Positions 57,106 to 64,000 of a stretch of DNA of 64,000 bases are shown one piece after another. Below the pieces are notes generated by a model. That model was not told where the DNA came from. It worked only from the letters and a program-made list of their open reading frames with translations, and did not search any database. Numbering within the stretch: the first letter of the stretch is position 1; each line of letters opens with the position of its first letter. A program made the position numbers and the translations under genes. Source of the stretch: Histomonas meleagridis 2922-C6/04-290x (taxonomy: Eukaryota; Protista; Parabasalia); NCBI GenBank assembly GCA_020184695.1, contig JAANOX010000245.1, positions 62,001-126,000 of the forward strand, given 5' to 3'.

Positions 57106-59271
57106 TTAATGTGTTAATTTTGCACTTAGTTCATCTATTTGCTTTTGCAATCTCTCTGCTTCCTCGTAGTCCTCCTTTTCTATTGCCATATCCAATTGTT
57201 TCGACAACGCGTCAATCTTTTGTTGTATTGACTCCTTGTTCAGCTTCGGCGGCTGCTCCAGGTACAGCACCGCGTGCAGCATTATCGCCTGCAGAGGCTT
57301 CAGCAGCTTCGTTGCGTACGGCGACAACTCAAAGAGGCCGTCGAGAACTGCAATTGTTGATTCGAAGTATGAATAATTGGAGTCCAAAATTGTGAACTTT
57401 GCGTCTTCGATATCTTCTTTTGCTTGATCCAATTGCGCCGCTTGTTCTGAGTTCTCTAAGACAATTGTATTAATTTTGTTATTCGTTTCTTTCATTATTG
57501 CTTCGTTCGCATTAATTTGTTCTTGTGTTTCTTTGATGTTTTGCGTTAATGTCTTCGCTTGCATGAAGTTCTTTGTTTGGATTGCATTCTTTTTACTTGC
57601 TTCAAGTTGATTTAGTTTTTGCTTGAGCATTGTTAACGTTTCATTAGTTGTCGCAACTTTACTTCGGAGTAATGGTAATTCAGCAGTGTTCGGATTCGTG
57701 AAATTCTCCAATTCTTCTAATGTCTTTTTGGCGCGTTCTAATTTCTCTTTGGCTAAGTTTCGCTTCTCAACAACTGAGACGTGATTCTTGCACATATTCT
57801 CGATGATTTGTGCCGCCGGCTCTGATTGTACTGCATCAATTTGAATGTCGGACATTTGTTTCTTATAATCGTTAAGTTGTTCCTTAAGAATTTCGATCTT
57901 TTTAGTGCGACGATTAACATTATCTAATAATGATTGATATGGTGCTTCGATTTGTTTGATCTTTGATTCACATTGCGCACGTTCAATGGAAATTGTTCGT
58001 TCTTCAGCTTCAAGTTTAGTTTTCTCAGTAGAAAACTTGTTCTCCATTTCTTCATATTCCATACATTTTTCTTCATATTCTTTGTCTAATGCTGCAATTC
58101 GTTGTTTATGTTCTTCGATTTGTTTTAATAATGAAGTTATCTTTTCTTCAAGGTCAGACTTCTCTTCTTCAATTGCTGCTAAGCGTGTTGCTAATGGTTC
58201 TGTGGAATCATTTTCCATCATTTCAAGTTGTTTACGTCGCATGTTAAGTTGCGATTGTTTAGTATCAACATTTTTACGAATGGAATCAATAGAAGCTGAA
58301 TTTTGCATACGATATGATTTAACATTTTGTTCATCTTTAAGTTGTTGTTGCTCTAAATCATGAAGACGTTGTTCAGTATCAGTTTGATGTTGTTTAATAT
58401 CATTAATGATACTGGAAATGTTTGTGTGTCGTTCTTCTAATGCTTCGGCTGCTTTGTTGGCAATGAACATGGCTTGATCTAATAATGAGATAAGATTAGA
58501 ATGTGATTTTTCAAACTTTTGCTGAAGCATTTCATTGTTTATGCCACCTGATGAACGAAGTGCTTTACGATCTTCATCAACAGCTCTGGTGGCCTCATTA
58601 ACAGCTCGTTGAAGTGCGTCATAATTAACGGTCTCATTTGATGTGATTTCAAACGGTTTCAACGATTCGGACTCAGATTCACTGCGAAGTTCAGATGATT
58701 CATGTTGCTGCCCTGGACCACTTGACACAAAGGCAAAAGCAAACGAATTTTCTTCTGTGGGTGGTGATTGAGTTGTTTCTTTTTCATTGGACTCATTTGT
58801 AAATGAAAATGAATTATCATTTGATTGTTCTGTTGTTTTGGTGGCTCCAAATGAAAATTCCGATTGAGCACTGGAGTCAAGGGGTTGACTTTCTGAGGCA
58901 AAGTCAAAAGCATAGACTTCATTGTCATTTTCTGGTTTGGTTGGTGAGTCTGATTGATAATTCGAAGAAACGTTTTCTTCTGACTCTGAAGTAAAATTAA
59001 ATGAAGGAACTGGTATTTGATTATTTTGATCAGGAGTGGCGATTGTTACTGATTTTTTGGCAAATTTTGGTTTTTTAGGATCAGCCTTTTTGGCTTCTTT
59101 TTTTACTCCAATAACACGAGGTGTAAAACCTTTCTTTACTCTTCTCATTTGGATATCATTATCAAGAGGAGTTTGATTAGCACGCTCATTCATTGAAACC
59201 ATAAACTTGGCAAGGTCGTTTTTGGATCTGTTAGGATTTTCCAAGGATTGACGATGCTTTCTTTCAGTCAT
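57106..59271 (-). CDS. Long coiled-coil protein with C-terminal UVR-like motif
   Basis: Heptad repeats; ends IDALSKQLDMAIEKEDYEEAERLQKQIDEL. First ATG at 59271. Confidence 0.75.
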   Translation of the reverse strand: MTERKHRQSLENPNRSKNDLAKFMVSMNERANQTPLDNDIQMRRVKKGFTPRVIGVKKEAKKADPKKPKFAKKSVTIATPDQNNQIPVPSFNFTSESEENVSSNYQSDSPTKPENDNEVYAFDFASESQPLDSSAQSEFSFGATKTTEQSNDNSFSFTNESNEKETTQSPPTEENSFAFAFVSSGPGQQHESSELRSESESESLKPFEITSNETVNYDALQRAVNEATRAVDEDRKALRSSGGINNEMLQQKFEKSHSNLISLLDQAMFIANKAAEALEERHTNISSIINDIKQHQTDTEQRLHDLEQQQLKDEQNVKSYRMQNSASIDSIRKNVDTKQSQLNMRRKQLEMMENDSTEPLATRLAAIEEEKSDLEEKITSLLKQIEEHKQRIAALDKEYEEKCMEYEEMENKFSTEKTKLEAEERTISIERAQCESKIKQIEAPYQSLLDNVNRRTKKIEILKEQLNDYKKQMSDIQIDAVQSEPAAQIIENMCKNHVSVVEKRNLAKEKLERAKKTLEELENFTNPNTAELPLLRSKVATTNETLTMLKQKLNQLEASKKNAIQTKNFMQAKTLTQNIKETQEQINANEAIMKETNNKINTIVLENSEQAAQLDQAKEDIEDAKFTILDSNYSYFESTIAVLDGLFELSPYATKLLKPLQAIMLHAVLYLEQPPKLNKESIQQKIDALSKQLDMAIEKEDYEEAERLQKQIDELSAKLTH

Positions 59272-59854
59272 TTTGATCAAAGAATTTTTCCCAAATAATT
59301 GCCGATCAATATCGTGTCAAATTTAATGAACAAGACGATAGGTCCGATTTTCAATGAAAGCGGTCACCATTAGAAAAAGCATGCGATCAGAAATAACGCC
59401 CTGCTTCACAGCAAATGGAAAATATAAAGAATTGCTAATGTAAATTTGATACTATAAATATGTTGTTATTCAATATTGTTTTTTTAATTTATGCATATAA
59501 CAGTAATGATGTCTTATCATTGTGATTTTAATGAATGTAATAATTGAATCAAAACTTATCAGTTTTTATAGATAAAAATAATGTAACAGTATTGTTCAGA
59601 AAAAATTAACCGCGTGCGTTTTACATCATATATCAAAGAACAGAAAGATATATTACAATTGTAACATTCATTGAATTTTCTTGTTGATTTGGATGATTTT
59701 TTTAATAGAACATTTTCGGTCAATATATTCAAAAAGTAGTTTGGTTCAAAAAACGAATAAAATATTCAAATTTTTGGTGTTTGTAAAGGAATAGTCAAAA
59801 TTGCCTGAGAATGGCATTTATTTTAATTTATTTAAATTCAGGCAAAACAAGCCG

Positions 59855-62800
59855 ATGATATCAATAATATTAGCTATCTTTTTTATTGATACATGCCAAG
59901 AATTTGATAGTACATCGAAGACACTTGTGATTTCCACAACTGAGGATTTCAATGATGATTATAAAAATGAAACAGTACATGTTATCATTAAAGATGAATT
60001 AAAGAAGTACCTTCAAGTGCCTTTTCAAATTGGAAATTGCTGACTACAGTTACAATTGAGTCTACTTCATTTTCATCATTTTATAAATACGCTTTTTCTA
60101 ATTGCACATCTTTAATCAAGATTGCATTTCCTGATACACTTACAACAATTAATGAAGGTTCTTTTGAATATTGTTCTTCATTAGAAAGTATTACCATTCC
60201 AAATTCTGTTAATTATTTAGGTGATTTTTGTTTTCAATATTGCACAAAATTAGAAACATTATTTATTGGAGAAAACGCAAATGAAGGTTTGTATCCTTTT
60301 TTCGAGACTCCTGTTAAATATTTGACTTCTTTCACTCCAAATGTTTCTATTTACTATTTTGATGATAATTTAATATCAGTCAGATTAGGTGAAAAAATCA
60401 CATCAATTCGAGAAAACAATTTTGGGAGCGCTTTAAAATTAGAGATCGTTATTCTTCCAAAAAAACTTGTGACAATTAATTCTCGTGCATTTCGCGATTG
60501 CATCAATTTAAAAAATATTACATTGCCAAATTCATTAAAATCAATTGCAGCATATGCATTTTTTAATTGCAGATCCATCGAAAATATTACTGTTCCAGAT
60601 TCAGTCGAAACAATTGGAGCATATGCATTTGATGGTTGCAAAAAACTTACTTACTTAAAACTATCTAATTCCATTACTTTAATTGATACTGGTACTGTCC
60701 AGAGATGCTCTTCATTAAAAAGTATAATAATTCCTCCTTCTGTTAATGAAATTAAAAATAGTGTATTTGAAAATTGTTATTCATTAGAAAACGTTTCACT
60801 TCCAGATTCAATTACTGTAATTCCAACTAAAGCGTTCTTAAATTGTTATTCATTAAGAAGTTTTGTAGTTTCTAATTTTGTTACTCAAATTTTGAGTGAA
60901 TCATTCAGAAATTGTTCTTTTGAAACATTTGTACTTGGAGAAAATGTAAATGATATTAAAAACTCAGCTTTTGAATCATGTAAAATAAAAAATTTAACAT
61001 TTCTTCCTCCAAATATTTCTATGAAAGAATTTGTAAGTGAATTTGAAGATGTTCTTAAATGTATAATCATTGGTGATAAAATAACATCAATTGAAAGGGA
61101 GACATTCAATTTATTTCGATCATTAACAAATGTAACAATCGGAAATTCTGTTCAATCAATTGGTTATGGTGCATTTGAAAGTTGTAATATGGAAAGCATA
61201 ATAATTCCAAATTCAGTAACTTCAATGGGAAGTTACGTATTTAGAGATTGTGATAGTTTACTTTCAATTGAAATACCTGATAATGTTATTTCATTAAGTT
61301 CATCTGCGTTTTATCATTGTTCTTCATTGAAGACCGTAAAATTAGGAAATAGTATTACTTCGATCAAAAAGTCCACATTTAAAGATTGCCGTTCATTAAA
61401 TAATATTGAAATTGATAAATCAGTTAAATCGATAGGATCATCTGCATTTCTAAATTGTATTTCATTATCAAATATTATAATTCCAGATTTAGTTACTGAA
61501 ATTAATGAATCTGCATTCCAAAATTGTGCATTAGTTGATTTAATTATTCCAAATAATGTTGAAACAATTGGTGAAAACGCTTTTTATTTATGTTCTAAAT
61601 TAGTGTTTCTAGAAACACTTATTATTGGAGAAAATGTTAAAACAGTTGGTAAAAATGCATTTAACTCTTGTTCAATTACAAATTTAACAATTAATGGATT
61701 AAATGTGCCAGTAGCCAATATTACAAAAGATATTCGTTCAACATTAATTTCTATTAAAATTAATGATTTGTTTACGTCAATTCCTTCTCATGCATTTATG
61801 AAATGTAAGAAGTTAAGAAGTATTCCGCTTCCGAAATCAATACAAACGATTGAAGATTATTCATTTTATGAATGTATTTCATTAGAAAATTTCACAATTC
61901 CAGATACTGTTACATTAATTGGTGAATATGCATTTAAATATTGTTTATTTACTAGTATAATAATTCCTAATTCAGTAACTACTATAGGAAAATATGCATT
62001 TAGTGAATGTCCAAATTTAAAAACTGCTATTGTTGGTGAAGGTTTAACTTCCAAACTTTCCATATTTTCATCATCTCCATTAGAGAATATTACATTTCTT
62101 TGTCCAATAGTATCTAATATCTTTCATAATTTATCTTTAATCAATGTACAATTTGGTGATAAAGTTCAATCTATTGAAGCTGAGGTATTTAGAAAATGTA
62201 AATCAACACGAAAAATAGTAATACCAAATTCAGTTATTTCAATTGGTGATAATGCTTTTAGAGAATGTACAGGATTAAATACTTTTGTTCTTGGTGAAGG
62301 TGTAACAACAATTGGAAAAGATGTATTTCTTGATACTGCTATTGAAGTTTTAACAATTTTAAGTCCTAATGTTTCTATTCCAACAATATCAAAACCTATT
62401 ATGTCAACATTATACTATGTAACTATTGGTGGTAAAATAACAACAATTGAAGATTCATCATTCAAAGATTGTGAAGAATTAGAAACCGTAATAATTGAAG
62501 ATTCAGTTTTATCGATTGGTAATGATGCATTTTATAACTGTTATTATTTAAAAAATGTTAGAATGTCAAAATCTATTAATTCAATTGGTACTTATGCATT
62601 TTATAACTGTAGATATTTAGATACATTAGATATTCCAAAGAATGTTACTGAAATTAAAGAAGGAACTTTCCAATTATGTTCTTCGTTGGAAATAATACTT
62701 TCAGATTCAATTGTTTCAATTGGAGATTTTGCTTTTTTTAGAGTAGCTAGTCGTAGTTCTTTTATAATACCAAATAGTGTTACGTATATTGGATCTAATG

Positions 62801-64000
62801 CATTTGAACATAATTATAATTTAAAGTCATTAACAATTGGAAATTCTGTTAAATCTATTGGATCGAAAGCATTTTATAATTGTTTAGCCCTGAAAAATTT
62901 AGTAATTGGTAATTCACTTACTTCTTTTGAAACTGATACATTTAAATATTGTAGGAATTTAATTAATGTAACATTCGGTACATCACTTCAAACAATTGGT
63001 CCTGGTACATTTTGTAACTGTACAAGTTTAGAAAATGTTACTATCTCAAATACAGTTACAAAAATTGATTCAGAAGCATTTTGTAATTGTAGTATGTTAA
63101 TTAGTGTTATAATTGGAGATTCAGTTACTTCAATTGGATCTTTTGCTTTTTGTAACTGTACTTCATTGCCTTATATTGAAATATCATCTAGTGTTAAAAC
63201 AATTGATCAAAAAGCTTTTTCGAGGTGTATGGGGTTAAAAGAAGTTATTATTGGAATTAATGTAAAAACTGTTTCAGAGGATGCATTTGAAAAATGTAAA
63301 ATTACTAATATTACTTTACTTAATGCAAACGCTGCTTATTCAATTACAAGAGATATATGCAGTTATTTAAAAAATGTTATTATTGGAGATGATGTCATTG
63401 CAATTCCTGATAAAGCATTTTATGCATGTACCAGTTTAAAAAATATAAAATTTGGAAATTCAGTTCGTTACATTTATCCAGACGCATTTTGTTTTTGTAC
63501 CTCCATAACAAAAATAACATTAAATAACCAACTTCAAGAAATTAAAAATTCTGCATTTGAGACATGTTATGAAATGATCAGTTTTACAATTCCAGATTCT
63601 GTCAAAAAATTAGGGAATGATGTATTTAAAGAATGTACTTCATTAAAAGAATTTGTTATTGGTAAAAGCTTGGATACAGTTGGAACTGATGTAATAAAAT
63701 ATTGTCCAACAAATCTTACAATTTATTCAGTTACAACTCTTCCAACTATTACACCTCAAATTATTGATACATTAACTTATATAACGTTTGGTAATATAAC
63801 AAATATTCCTGACTATACTTTCGTAGGTTTTTCTTTATTACAAAATTTGGTTCTTCCTGATACTCTTACAATTATTAATAATGAAGCATTTAGTAAATGT
63901 ATATCATTAACAAGTGTAACAATTCCAAATAGTGTAAAAAATATTGAACTTAATGCATTTAGGTATTGCTCTAATTTAACAGAACTAACTTTAGGACAAA
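59855..64000 (+). CDS. BspA-like (TpLRR / LRR_5) surface protein, running off the window; 1-nt frameshift at ~60002
   Basis: Signal-like MISIILAIFFIDTCQE. The second frame, checked at several points from 59998 to the window end, gives dozens of LxxIxIPxSVxxIGxxAFxxC repeats. Confidence 0.9.

Overview
AT-rich eukaryotic DNA, most consistent with a parabasalid (trichomonad). This is an inference from the hydrogenosome-type mtHsp70 with a short presequence, BspA-like LRR protein, DUF3447-like/ankyrin family, intron-poor genes and AAAGTGAC/GCGGTT core-promoter motifs. Ordinary genes include mtHsp70, an LRR protein, ArfGAP, two Tubby-like proteins, an adaptor mu subunit, a RibD-like reductase, DnaJ proteins, a LIM protein, glucosidase II beta, a syntaxin, a tetraspanin and BspA. 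Three things stand out. (1) Three ankyrin-repeat genes (5625-8640 minus, 8937-13120 plus, 34350-36670 plus) look truncated in the ORF track, but each continues as an encrypted array. In every repeat the four codons of the D-x-x-G-x-T beta-hairpin are isolated 3-nt micro-exons, each preceded by an AT-rich insert of almost invariably 17 nt (A/G-W-T...T-T-T, no GT-AG). Removing my hand count of 134 inserts restores ankyrin proteins of about 772, 1025 and 614 aa; the third also needs a 1-nt exonic correction. (2) A 4.75-kb RLE-type (R2/NeSL-like) non-LTR retrotransposon is inserted in the T-arm of a tRNA-Met gene with a 17-18 bp target-site duplication that leaves the tRNA intact. (3) A ~6-kb element bounded by ~225-bp terminal inverted repeats carries a Polinton/PLV-like morphogenesis module (packaging ATPase, probable major capsid protein, amphipathic peptides, chromodomain) but no polymerase or integrase. 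Many otherwise intact genes have 1-nt frameshifts in homopolymers, so uncorrected long-read indels are likely. All family assignments are from motif recognition, not database searches.
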